Shown here one piece after another: positions 30,957 to 46,990 of a stretch of 64,000 bases of DNA. This stretch comes from the human T2T-CHM13v2.0 reference genome, Homo sapiens. The DNA lies in assembly GCF_009914755.1 (NCBI RefSeq), contig NC_060937.1. One strand, 5' to 3'. Each line of letters begins with the position of its first letter. The stretch's first letter is position 1. Under the pieces are notes generated by a model, which saw only the letters and a list, made by a program, of their open reading frames with translations, ran no database searches and was not told the origin of the DNA. Both the position numbers and the translations under genes were made by a program.

Positions 30957-33900
30957 ATGAAATATCAAAGTTCACAAACTATATATTATATACTGTACAT
31001 AAAATATCAAAGTACCCAAGGTATATATTCTATACTCTACAAAAAATATCAAAGTACCCAAAGCATGTATTATATACGGTACATAAAATATGAAAGTACA
31101 TCAAATATATATTTAATTCTGTACATAAAATATCAAAGTACACCAAATATATATTCTATAGTGTACATAAGATATCAAAGTACCCAAACTATATATTATA
31201 TACTGTACATAAAGTATGAAATTACATCAAATATATATTATATTAGGTACATAAAATATGAAAGTACATCAAATATAAATTATATACTGTACATAAAGTA
31301 CCAAATACCCCAAATATATATTATATACTCTACATGAAATATCAAAGTTCACAAACTATATATTATATACTGTACATAAAATATCAAAGTACCCAAGGTA
31401 TATATTCTATACTCTACAAAAAATATCAAAGTACCCAAAGCATGTATTATATACGGTACATAAAATATGAAAGTACATCAAATATATATTTAATTCTGTA
31501 CATAAAATATCAAAGTACACCAAATATATATTCTATAGTGTACATAAAATATCAAAGTACCCAAACTATACATTATATACTGTACATAAAATATGAAATT
31601 ACATCAAATATATATTATATTAGGTACATAAAATATGAAAGTACATCAAATATAGATTATATACTGTACATAAAATACCAAAGTACCCCAAATACATATT
31701 ATATACTGTACATGAAATATCAAAGTTCACAAACTATATATTATATACTGTACATAAAATATCAAAGTACCCAAGGTATATATTCTATTCTCTACAAAAA
31801 ATATCAAAGTACCCAAAGCATGTATTATATACGGTACATGAAATATGAAAGTACATCAAATATATATTTAATTCTGTACATAAAATATCAAAGTACACCA
31901 AATATATATTCTATAGTGTACATAAAATATCAAAGTACCCAAACTATACATTATATACTGTACATAAAATATGAAATTACATCAAATATATATTATATTA
32001 GGTACATAAAATATGAAAGTACATCAAATATAGATTATATACTGTACATAAAATACCAAAGTACCCCAAATACATATTATATACTGTACATGAAATATCA
32101 AAGTTCACAAACTATATATTATATACTGTACATAAAATATCAAAGTACCCAAGGTATATATTCTATACTGTACAAAAAATATGAAAGTACCCAAAGCATG
32201 TATTATATACTGTACATAAAATATGAAAGTATATCAAATAAATATTTTATTCTGTACATAAAATATCAAAGTACACCAAATATATATTCTATAGTGTACA
32301 TAAGATATCAAAGTACCCAAACTATATATTATATACTGTACATAAAGTATGAAATTACATCAAATATATATTATATTAGGTACATAAAATATGAAAGTAC
32401 ATCAAATATAAATTATATACTGTACATAAAGTACCAAATACCCCAAATATATATTATATACTCTACATGAAATATCAAAGTTCACAAACTATATATTATA
32501 TACTGTACATAAAATATCAAAGTACCCAAGGTATATATTCTATACTCTACAAAAAATATCAAAGTACCCAAAGCATGTATTATATACGGTACATAAAATA
32601 TGAAAGTACATCAAATATATATTTAATTCTGTACATAAAATATCAAAGTACACCAAATATATATTCTATAGTGTACATAAGATATCAAAGTACCCAAACT
32701 ATATATTATATACTGTACATAAAGTATGAAATTACATCAAATATATATTATATTAGGTACATAAAATATGAAAGTACATCAAATATAAATTATATACTGT
32801 ACATAAAGTACCAAATACCCCAAATATATATTATATACTCTACATGAAATATCAAAGTTCACAAACTATATATTATATACTGTACATAAAATATCAAAGT
32901 ACCCAAGGTATATATTCTATACTCTACAAAAAATATCAAAGTACCCAAAGCATGTATTATATACGGTACATAAAATATGAAAGTACATCAAATATATATT
33001 TAATTCTGTACATAAAATATCAAAGTACACCAAATATATATTCTATAGTGTACATAAGATATCAAAGTACCCAAACTATATATTATATACTGTACATAAA
33101 GTATGAAATTACATCAAATATATATTATATTAGGTACATAAAATATGAAAGTACATCAAATATAGATTATATACTGTACATAAAGTACCAAATACCCCAA
33201 ATACATATTATATACTGTACATGAAATATCAAAGTTCACAAACTATATATTATATACTGTACATAAAATATCAAAGTACCCAAGGTATATATTCTATTCT
33301 CTACAAAAAATATCAAAGTACCCAAAGCATGTATTATATACGGTACATGAAATATGAAAGTACATCAAATATATATTTAATTCTGTACATAAAATATCAA
33401 AGTACACCAAATATATATTCTATAGTGTACATAAAATATCAAAGTACCCAAACTATACATTATATACTGTACATAAAATATGAAATTACATCAAATATAT
33501 ATTATATTAGGTACATAAAATATGAAAGTACATCAAATATAGATTATATACTGTACATAAAATACCAAAGTACCCCAAATACATATTATATACTGTACAT
33601 GAAATATCAAAGTTCACAAACTATATATTATATACTGTACATAAAATATCAAAGTACCCAAGGTATATATTCTATTCTCTACAAAAAATATCAAAGTACC
33701 CAAAGCATGTATTATATACGGTACATGAAATATGAAAGTACATCAAATATATATTTAATTCTGTACATAAAATATCAAAGTACACCAAATATATATTCTA
33801 TAGTGTACATAAAATATCAAAGTACCCAAACTATACATTATATACTGTACATAAAATATGAAATTACATCAAATATATATTATATTATGTACATAAAATA

Positions 33901-36900
33901 TGAAAGTACATCAAATATAAATTATATACTGTACATAAAGTACCAAATACCCCAAATATATATTATATACTGTACATGAAATATCAAAGTTCACAAACTA
34001 TATATTATATACTGTACATAAAATATCAAAGTACCCAAGGTATATATTCTATACTGTACAAAAAATATGAAAGTACCCAAAGCATGTATTATATACTGTA
34101 CATAAAATATGAAAGTATATCAAATAAATATTTTATTCTGTACATAAAATATCAAAGTACACCAAATATATATTCTATAGTGTACATAAGATATCAAAGT
34201 ACCCAAACTATATATTATATACTGTACATAAAGTATGAAATTACATCAAATATATATTATATTAGGTACATAAAATATGAAAGTACATCAAATATAAATT
34301 ATATACTGTACATAAAGTACCAAATACCCCAAATATATATTATATACTCTACATGAAATATCAAAGTTCACAAACTATATATTATATACTGTACATAAAA
34401 TATCAAAGTACCCAAGGTATATATTCTATACTCTACAAAAAATATCAAAGTACCCAAAGCATGTATTATATACGGTACATAAAATATGAAAGTACATCAA
34501 ATATATATTTAATTCTGTACATAAAATATCAAAGTACACCAAATATATATTCTATAGTGTACATAAAATATCAAAGTACCCAAACTATACATTATATACT
34601 GTACATAAAATATGAAATTACATCAAATATATATTATATTAGGTACATAAAATATGAAAGTACATCAAATATAGATTATATACTGTACATAAAATACCAA
34701 AGTACCCCAAATACATATTATATACTGTACATGAAATATCAAAGTTCACAAACTATATATTATATACTGTACATAAAATATCAAAGTACCCAAGGTATAT
34801 ATTCTATACTGTACAAAAAATATGAAAGTACCCAAAGCATGTATTATATACTGTACATAAAATATGAAAGTATATCAAATAAATATTTTATTCTGTACAT
34901 AAAATATCAAAGTACACCAAATATATATTCTATAGTGTACATAAGATATCAAAGTACCCAAACTATATATTATATACTGTACATAAAGTATGAAATTACA
35001 TCAAATATATATTATATTAGGTACATAAAATATGAAAGTACATCAAATATAAATTATATACTGTACATAAAGTACCAAATACCCCAAATATATATTATAT
35101 ACTCTACATGAAATATCAAAGTTCACAAACTATATATTATATACTGTACATAAAATATCAAAGTACCCAAGGTATATATTCTATACTCTACAAAAAATAT
35201 CAAAGTACCCAAAGCATGTATTATATACGGTACATAAAATATGAAAGTACATCAAATATATATTTAATTCTGTACATAAAATATCAAAGTACACCAAATA
35301 TATATTCTATAGTGTACATAAAATATCAAAGTACCCAAACTATACATTATATACTGTACATAAAATATGAAATTACATCAAATATATATTATATTAGGTA
35401 CATAAAATATGAAAGTACATCAAATATAGATTATATACTGTACATAAAATACCAAAGTACCCCAAATACATATTATATACTGTACATGAAATATCAAAGT
35501 TCACAAACTATATATTATATACTGTACATAAAATATCAAAGTACCCAAGGTATATATTCTATTCTCTACAAAAAATATCAAAGTACCCAAAGCATGTATT
35601 ATATACGGTACATGAAATATGAAAGTACATCAAATATATATTTAATTCTGTACATAAAATATCAAAGTACACCAAATATATATTCTATAGTGTACATAAG
35701 ATATCAAAGTACCCAAACTATATATTATATACTGTACATAAAGTATGAAATTACATCAAATATATATTATATTAGGTACATAAAATATGAAAGTACATCA
35801 AATATAAATTATATACTGTACATAAAGTACCAAATACCCCAAATATATATTATATACTCTACATGAAATATCAAAGTTCACAAACTATATATTATATACT
35901 GTACATAAAATATCAAAGTACCCAAGGTATATATTCTATACTCTACAAAAAATATCAAAGTACCCAAAGCATGTATTATATACGGTACATAAAATATGAA
36001 AGTACATCAAATATATATTTAATTCTGTACATAAAATATCAAAGTACACCAAATATATATTCTATAGTGTACATAAAATATCAAAGTACCCAAACTATAC
36101 ATTATATACTGTTAATAAAATATGAAAGTACATAAAATATATATATTATTCTGTACATAAAATATCAAAGTACACCAAATATATATTCTATAGTGTACAT
36201 AAGATATCAAAGTACCCAAACTATACATTATATACTGTACATAAAATATGAAATTACATCAAATATATATTATATTAGGTACATAAAATATGAAAGTACA
36301 TCAAATATAAATTATATACTGTACATAAAGTACCAAATACCCCAAATATATATTATATACTCTACATGAAATATCAAAGTTCACAAACTATATATTATAT
36401 ACTGTACATAAAATATCAAAGTACCCAAGGTATATATTCAATACTCTACAAAAAATATCAAAGTACCCAAAGCATGTATTATATACGGTACATAAAATAT
36501 GAAAGTACATCAAATATATATTTAATTCTGTACATAAAATATCAAAGTACACCAAATATATATTCTATAGTGTACATAAAATATCAAAGTACCCAAACTA
36601 TACATTATATACTGTACATAAAATATGAAATTACATCAAATATATATTATATTAGGTACATAAAATATGAAAGTACATCAAATATAGATTATATACTGTA
36701 CATAAAATACCAAAGTACCCCAAATACATATTATATACTGTACATGAAATATCAAAGTTCACAAACTATATATTATATTCTGTACATAAAATATCAAAGT
36801 ACACCAATTATATGTTCTATAGTGTACATAAAATATCAAAGTACCCAAACTATACATTATATACTGTACATAAAATATGAAATTACATCAAATATATATT

Positions 36901-39900
36901 ATATTAGGTACATAAAATATGAAAGTACATCAAATATAGATTATATACTGTACATAAAATACCAAAGTACCCCAAATACATATTATATACTGTACATGAA
37001 ATATCAAAGTTCACAAACTATATATTATATACTGTACATAAAATATCAAAGTACCCAAGGTATATATTCTATACTGTACAAAAAATATGAAAGTACCCAA
37101 AGCATGTATTATATACTGTACATAAAATATGAAAGTATATCAAATAAATATTTTATTCTGTACATAAAATATCAAAGTACACCAAATATATATTCTATAG
37201 TGTACATAAGATATCAAAGTACCCAAACTATATATTATATACTGTACATAAAGTATGAAATTACATCAAATATATATTATATTAGGTACATAAAATATGA
37301 AAGTACATCAAATATAAATTATATACTGTACATAAAGTACCAAATACCCCAAATATATATTATATACTCTACATGAAATATCAAAGTTCACAAACTATAT
37401 ATTATATACTGTACATAAAATATCAAAGTACCCAAGGTATATATTCTATACTCTACAAAAAATATCAAAGTACCCAAAGCATGTATTATATACGGTACAT
37501 AAAATATGAAAGTACATCAAATATATATTTAATTCTGTACATAAAATATCAAAGTACACCAAATATATATTCTATAGTGTACATAAAATATCAAAGTAGC
37601 CAAACTATACATTATATACTGTACATAAAATATGAAATTACATCAAATATATATTATATTAGGTACATAAAATATGAAAGTACATCAAATATAGATTATA
37701 TACTGTACATAAAATACCAAAGTACCCCAAATACATATTATATACTGTACATGAAATATCAAAGTTCACAAACTATATATTATATACTGTACATAAAATA
37801 TCAAAGTACCCAAGGTATATATTCTATACTCTACAAAAAATATCAAAGTACCCAAAGCATGTATTATATACTGTACATAAAATATGAAAGTATATCAAAT
37901 AAATATTTTATTCTGTACATAAAATATCAAAGTACACCAAATATATATTCTATAGTGTACATAAGATATCAAAGTACCCAAACTATATATTATATACTGT
38001 ACATAAAGTATGAAATTACATCAAATATATATTATATTAGGTACATAAAATATGAAAGTACATCAAATATAAATTATATACTGTACATAAAGTACCAAAT
38101 ACCCCAAATATATATTATATACTCTACATGAAATATCAAAGTTCACAAACTATATATTATATACTGTACATAAAATATCAAAGTACCCAAGGTATATATT
38201 CTATACTCTACAAAAAATATCAAAGTACCCAAAGCATGTATTATATACGGTACATAAAATATGAAAGTACATCAAATATATATTTAATTCTGTACATAAA
38301 ATATCAAAGTACACCAAATATATATTCTATAGTGTACATAAAATATCAAAGTACCCAAACTATACATTATATACTGTACATAAAATATGAAATTACATCA
38401 AATATATATTATATTAGGTACATAAAATATGAAAGTACATCAAATATAGATTATATACTGTACATAAAATACCAAAGTACACCAAATATATATTTTATAC
38501 TGTACATGCAATATCAAAGTTCACAAACTATATATTATATACTGTACATAAAATATCAAAGTACCCAAGGTATATATTCTATACTGTACAAAAAATATCA
38601 AAGTACCCAAAGCATGTATTATATACTGTTAATAAAATATGAAAGTACATAAAATATATATATTATTCTGTACATAAAATATCAAAGTACACCAATTATA
38701 TGTTCTATAGTGTACATAAAATATCAAAGTACCCAAACTATACATTATATACTGTACATAAAATATGAAATTACATCAAATATATATTATATTAGGTACA
38801 TAAAATATGAAAGTACATCAAATATAAATTATATACTGTACATAAAGTACCAAATACCCCAAATATATATTATATACTCTACATGAAATATCAAAGTTCA
38901 CAAACTATATATTATATACTGTACATAAAATATCAAAGTACCCAAGGTATATATTCTATACTCTACAAAAAATATCAAAGTACCCAAAGCATGTATTATA
39001 TACGGTACATAAAATATGAAAGTACATCAAATATATATTTAATTCTGTACATAAAATATCAAAGTACACCAAATATATATTCTATAGTGTACATAAAATA
39101 TCAAAGTACCCAAACTATACATTATATACTGTACATAAAATATGAAATTACATCAAATATATATTATATTAGGTACATAAAATATGAAAGTACATCAAAT
39201 ATAGATTATATACTGTACATAAAATACCAAAGTACCCCAAATACATATTATATACTGTACATGAAATATCAAAGTTCACAAACTATATATTATATTCTGT
39301 ACATAAAATATCAAAGTACACCAATTATATGTTCTATAGTGTACATAAAATATCAAAGTACCCAAACTATACATTATATACTGTACATAAAATATGAAAT
39401 TACATCAAATATATATTATATTAGGTACATAAAATATGAAAGTACATCAAATATAGATTATATACTGTACATAAAATACCAAAGTACCCCAAATACATAT
39501 TATATACTGTACATGAAATATCAAAGTTCACAAACTATATATTATATACTGTACATAAAATATCAAAGTACCCAAGGTATATATTCTATACTGTACAAAA
39601 AATATGAAAGTACCCAAAGCATGTATTATATACTGTACATAAAATATGAAAGTATATCAAATAAATATTTTATTCTGTACATAAAATATCAAAGTACACC
39701 AAATATATATTCTATAGTGTACATAAGATATCAAAGTACCCAAACTATATATTATATACTGTACATAAAGTATGAAATTACATCAAATATATATTATATT
39801 AGGTACATAAAATATGAAAGTACATCAAATATAAATTATATACTGTACATAAAGTACCAAATACCCCAAATATATATTATATACTCTACATGAAATATCA

Positions 39901-42900
39901 AAGTTCACAAACTATATATTATATACTGTACATAAAATATCAAAGTACCCAAGGTATATATTCTATACTCTACAAAAAATATCAAAGTACCCAAAGCATG
40001 TATTATATACGGTACATAAAATATGAAAGTACATCAAATATATATTTAATTCTGTACATAAAATATCAAAGTACACCAAATATATATTCTATAGTGTACA
40101 TAAAATATCAAAGTAGCCAAACTATACATTATATACTGTACATAAAATATGAAATTACATCAAATATATATTATATTAGGTACATAAAATATGAAAGTAC
40201 ATCAAATATAGATTATATACTGTACATAAAATACCAAAGTACCCCAAATACATATTATATACTGTACATGAAATATCAAAGTTCACAAACTATATATTAT
40301 ATACTGTACATAAAATATCAAAGTACCCAAGGTATATATTCTATTCTCTACAAAAAATATCAAAGTACCCAAAGCATGTATTATATACGGTACATGAAAT
40401 ATGAAAGTACATCAAATATATATTTAATTCTGTACATAAAATATCAAAGTACACCAAATATATATTCTATAGTGTACATAAAATATCAAAGTAGCCAAAC
40501 TATACATTATATACTGTACATAAAATATGAAATTACATCAAATATATATTATATTATGTACATAAAATATGAAAGTACATCAAATATAGATTATATACTG
40601 TACATAAAATACCAAAGTACACCAAATATATATTTTATACTGTACATGCAATATCAAAGTTCACAAACTATATATTATATACTGTACATAAAATATCAAA
40701 GTACCCAAGGTATATATTCTATACTGTACAAAAAATATCAAAGTACCCAAAGCATGTATTATATACTGTTAATAAAATATGAAAGTACATCAAATATAGA
40801 TTATATACTGTACATAAAATACCAAAGTACACCAAATATATATTTTATACTGTACATGCAATATCAAAGTTCACAAACTATATATTATATACTGTACATA
40901 AAATATCAAAGTACCCAAGGTATATATTCTATACTGTACAAAAAATATCAAAGTACCCAAAGCATGTATTATATACTGTTAATAAAATATGAAAGTACAT
41001 AAAATATATATATTATTCTGTACATAAAATATCAAAGTACACCAATTATATGTTCTATAGTGTACATAAAATATCAAAGTACCCAAACTATACATTATAT
41101 ACTGTACATAAAATATGAAATTACATCAAATATATATTATATTAGGTACATAAAATATGAAAGTACATCAAATATAAATTATATACTGTACATAAAGTAC
41201 CAAATACCCCAAATATATATTATATACTCTACATGAAATATCAAAGTTCACAAACTATATATTATATACTGTACATAAAATATCAAAGTACCCAAGGTAT
41301 ATATTCTATACTCTACAAAAAATATCAAAGTACCCAAAGCATGTATTATATACGGTACATAAAATATGAAAGTACATCAAATATATATTTAATTCTGTAC
41401 ATAAAATATCAAAGTACACCAAATATATATTCTATAGTGTACATAAGATATCAAAGTACCCAAACTATATATTATATACTGTACATAAAGTATGAAATTA
41501 CATCAAATATATATTATATTAGGTACATAAAATATGAAAGTACATCAAATATAAATTATATACTGTACATAAAGTACCAAATACCCAAATATATATTATA
41601 TACTCTACATGAAATATCAAAGTTCACAAACTATATATTATATACTGTACATAAAATATCAAAGTACCCAAGGTATATATTCTATACTCTACAAAAAATA
41701 TCAAAGTACCCAAAGCATGTATTATATACGGTACATAAAATATGAAAGTACATCAAATATATATTTAATTCTGTACATAAAATATCAAAGTACACCAAAT
41801 ATATATTCTATAGTGTACATAAAATATCAAAGTACCCAAACTATATATTATATACTGTACATAAAGTATGAAATTACATCAAATATATATTATATTAGGT
41901 ACATAAAATATGAAAGTACATCAAATATAAATTATATACTGTACATAAAGTACCAAATACCCCAAATATATATTATATACTCTACATGAAATATCAAAGT
42001 TCACAAACTATATATTATATACTGTACATAAAATATCAAAGTACCCAAGGTATATATTCTATACTCTACAAAAAATATCAAAGTACCCAAAGCATGTATT
42101 ATATACGGTACATAAAATATGAAAGTACATCAAATATATATTTAATTCTGTACATAAAATATCAAAGTACACCAAATATATATTCTATAGTGTACATAAA
42201 ATATCAAAGTACCCAAACTATACATTATATACTGTACATAAAATATGAAATTACATCAAATATATATTATATTAGGTACATAAAATATGAAAGTACATCA
42301 AATATAGATTATATACTGTACATAAAATACCAAAGTACCCCAAATACATATTATATACTGTACATGAAATATCAAAGTTCACAAACTATATATTATATAC
42401 TGTACATAAAATATCAAAGTACCCAAGGTATATATTCTATACTGTACAAAAAATATGAAAGTACCCAAAGCATGTATTATATACTGTACATAAAATATGA
42501 AAGTATATCAAATAAATATTTTATTCTGTACATAAAATATCAAAGTACACCAAATATATATTCTATAGTGTACATAAGATATCAAAGTACCCAAACTATA
42601 TATTATATACTGTACATAAAGTATGAAATTACATCAAATATATATTATATTAGGTACATAAAATATGAAAGTACATCAAATATAAATTATATACTGTACA
42701 TAAAGTACCAAATACCCCAAATATATATTATATACTCTACATGAAATATCAAAGTTCACAAACTATATATTATATACTGTACATAAAATATCAAAGTACC
42801 CAAGGTATATATTCTATACTCTACAAAAAATATCAAAGTACCCAAAGCATGTATTATATACGGTACATAAAATATGAAAGTATATCAAATAAATATTTTA

Positions 42901-45900
42901 TTCTGTACATAAAATATCAAAGTACACCAAATATATATTCTATAGTGTACATAAGATATCAAAGTACCCAAACTATATATTATATACTGTACATAAAGTA
43001 TGAAATTACATCAAATATATATTATATTAGGTACATAAAATATGAAAGTACATCAAATATAAATTATATACTGTACATAAAGTACCAAATACCCCAAATA
43101 TATATTATATACTCTACATGAAATATCAAAGTTCACAAACTATATATTATATACTGTACATAAAATATCAAAGTACCCAAGGTATATATTCTATACTCTA
43201 CAAAAAATATCAAAGTACCCAAAGCATGTATTATATACGGTACATAAAATATGAAAGTACATCAAATATATATTTAATTCTGTACATAAAATATCAAAGT
43301 ACACCAAATATATATTCTATAGTGTACATAAAATATCAAAGTACCCAAACTATACATTATATACTGTACATAAAATATGAAATTACATCAAATATATATT
43401 ATATTAGGTACATAAAATATGAAAGTACATCAAATATAGATTATATACTGTACATAAAATACCAAAGTACCCCAAATACATATTATATACTGTACATGAA
43501 ATATCAAAGTTCACAAACTATATATTATATACTGTACATAAAATATCAAAGTACCCAAGGTATATATTCTATTCTCTACAAAAAATATCAAAGTACCCAA
43601 AGCATGTATTATATACGGTACATGAAATATGAAAGTACATCAAATATATATTTAATTCTGTACATAAAATATCAAAGTACACCAAATATATATTCTATAG
43701 TGTACATAAAATATCAAAGTACCCAAACTATACATTATATACTGTACATAAAATATGAAATTACATCAAATATATATTATATTAGGTACATAAAATATGA
43801 AAGTACATCAAATATAGATTATATACTGTACATAAAATACCAAAGTACCCCAAATACATATTATATACTGTACATGAAATATCAAAGTTCACAAACTATA
43901 TATTATATACTGTACATAAAATATCAAAGTACCCAAGGTATATATTCTATACTGTACAAAAAATATGAAAGTACCCAAAGCATGTATTATATACTGTACA
44001 TAAAATATGAAAGTATATCAAATAAATATTTTATTCTGTACATAAAATATCAAAGTACACCAAATATATATTCTATAGTGTACATAAGATATCAAAGTAC
44101 CCAAACTATATATTATATACTGTACATAAAGTATGAAATTACATCAAATATATATTATATTAGGTACATAAAATATGAAAGTACATCAAATATAAATTAT
44201 ATACTGTACATAAAGTACCAAATACCCCAAATATATATTATATACTCTACATGAAATATCAAAGTTCACAAACTATATATTATATACTGTACATAAAATA
44301 TCAAAGTACCCAAGGTATATATTCTATACTCTACAAAAAATATCAAAGTACCCAAAGCATGTATTATATACGGTACATAAAATATGAAAGTACATCAAAT
44401 ATATATTTAATTCTGTACATAAAATATCAAAGTACACCAAATATATATTCTATAGTGTACATAAAATATCAAAGTACCCAAACTATACATTATATACTGT
44501 ACATAAAATATGAAATTACATCAAATATATATTATATTAGGTACATAAAATATGAAAGTACATCAAATATAGATTATATACTGTACATAAAATACCAAAG
44601 TACCCCAAATACATATTATATACTGTACATGAAATATCAAAGTTCACAAACTATATATTATATACTGTACATAAAATATCAAAGTACCCAAGGTATATAT
44701 TCTATACTGTACAAAAAATATGAAAGTACCCAAAGCATGTATTATATACTGTACATAAAATATGAAAGTATATCAAATAAATATTTTATTCTCTACATAA
44801 AATATCAAAGTACACCAAATATATATTCTATAGTGTACATAAGATATCAAAGTACCCAAACTATATATTATATACTGTACATAAAGTATGAAATTACATC
44901 AAATATATATTATATTAGGTACATAAAATATGAAAGTACATCAAATATAAATTATATACTGTACATAAAGTACCAAATACCCCAAATATATATTATATAC
45001 TCTACATGAAATATCAAAGTTCACAAACTATATATTATATACTGTACATAAAATATCAAAGTACCCAAGGTATATATTCTATACTCTACAAAAAATATCA
45101 AAGTACCCAAAGCATGTATTATATACGGTACATAAAATATGAAAGTACATCAAATATATATTTAATTCTGTACATAAAATATCAAAGTACACCAAATATA
45201 TATTCTATAGTGTACATAAAATATCAAAGTACCCAAACTATACATTATATACTGTACATAAAATATGAAATTACATCAAATATATATTATATTAGGTACA
45301 TAAAATATGAAAGTACATCAAATATAGATTATATACTGTACATAAAATACCAAAGTACCCCAAATACATATTATATACTGTACATGAAATATCAAAGTTC
45401 ACAAACTATATATTATATACTGTACATAAAATATCAAAGTACCCAAGGTATATATTCTATTCTCTACAAAAAATATCAAAGTACCCAAAGCATGTATTAT
45501 ATACGGTACATGAAATATGAAAGTACATCAAATATATATTTAATTCTGTACATAAAATATCAAAGTACACCAAATATATATTCTATAGTGTACATAAGAT
45601 ATCAAAGTACCCAAACTATATATTATATACTGTACATAAAGTATGAAATTACATCAAATATATATTATATTAGGTACATAAAATATGAAAGTACATCAAA
45701 TATAAATTATATACTGTACATAAAGTACCAAATACCCCAAATATATATTATATACTCTACATGAAATATCAAAGTTCACAAACTATATATTATATACTGT
45801 ACATAAAATATCAAAGTACCCAAGGTATATATTCTATACTCTACAAAAAATATCAAAGTACCCAAAGCATGTATTATATACGGTACATAAAATATGAAAG

Positions 45901-46990
45901 TACATCAAATATATATTTAATTCTGTACATAAAATATCAAAGTACACCAAATATATATTCTATAGTGTACATAAAATATCAAAGTACCCAAACTATACAT
46001 TATATACTGTACATAAAATATGAAATTACATCAAATATATATTATATTAGGTACATAAAATATGAAAGTACATCAAATATAGATTATATACTGTACATAA
46101 AATACCAAAGTACCCCAAATACATATTATATAGTGTACATGAAATATCAAAGTTCACAAACTATATATTATATACTGTACATAAAATATCAAAGTACCCA
46201 AGGTATATATTCTATACTCTACAAAAAATATCAAAGTACCCAAAGCATGTATTATATACGGTACATAAAATATGAAAGTACATCAAATATATATTTAATT
46301 CTGTACATAAAATATCAAAGTACACCAAATATATATTCTATAGTGTACATAAGATATCAAAGTACCCAAACTATATATTATATACTGTACATAAAGTATG
46401 AAATTACATCAAATATATATTATATTAGGTACATAAAATATGAAAGTACATCAAATATAAATTATATACTGTACATAAAGTACCAAATACCCCAAATATA
46501 TATTATATACTCTACATGAAATATCAAAGTTCACAAACTATATATTATATACTGTACATAAAATATCAAAGTACCCAAGGTATATATTCTATACTCTACA
46601 AAAAATATCAAAGTACCCAAAGCATGTATTATATACGGTACATAAAATATGAAAGTACATCAAATATATATTTAATTCTGTACATAAAATATCAAAGTAC
46701 ACCAAATATATATTCTATAGTGTACATAAAATATCAAAGTACCCAAACTATACATTATATACTGTACATAAAATATGAAATTACATCAAATATATATTAT
46801 ATTAGGTACATAAAATATGAAAGTACATCAAATATAGATTATATACTGTACATAAAATACCAAAGTACCCCAAATACATATTATATACTGTACATGAAAT
46901 ATCAAAGTTCACAAACTATATATTATATACTGTACATAAAATATCAAAGTACCCAAGGTATATATTCTATACTGTACAAAAAATATCAAA
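30957..46990 (+). repeat. Sub-domain dominated by 755-bp dimers and 377-bp units
   Basis: Unit-start spacings are 377 (30957-31334; 32467-32844-33221), 755 (34353-35108-35863; 44251-45006-45761-46516) and 1133 (31334-32467; 43118-44251). Confidence 0.85.
36210..40342 (+). repeat. 2517-bp offset duplication (~36210-37825 repeated at ~38727-40342)
   Basis: Identical 336-aa ORFs at 36366 and 38883, both containing the M1->M5 skip (QSTPIICSIV). The next ORFs at 37373 and 39890 share AGTAGCC. Confidence 0.85.

Larger units (their letters stand above)
19501..46990 (+). repeat. Homogeneous 378/377-bp 9-mer core built from a small set of variant units
   Basis: The same few markers recur with almost no private mutations: TTCTCTAC, TACGGTAC, AGTAGCC, TGTTAATAAAA, CCAATTATATGTT, AACATGTAG, AAATGTGAA, GTATATCAAATAAAT, AAAGTACCAAATACCCC (41-bp M9). 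Many ORF peptides are identical. Confidence 0.88.
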
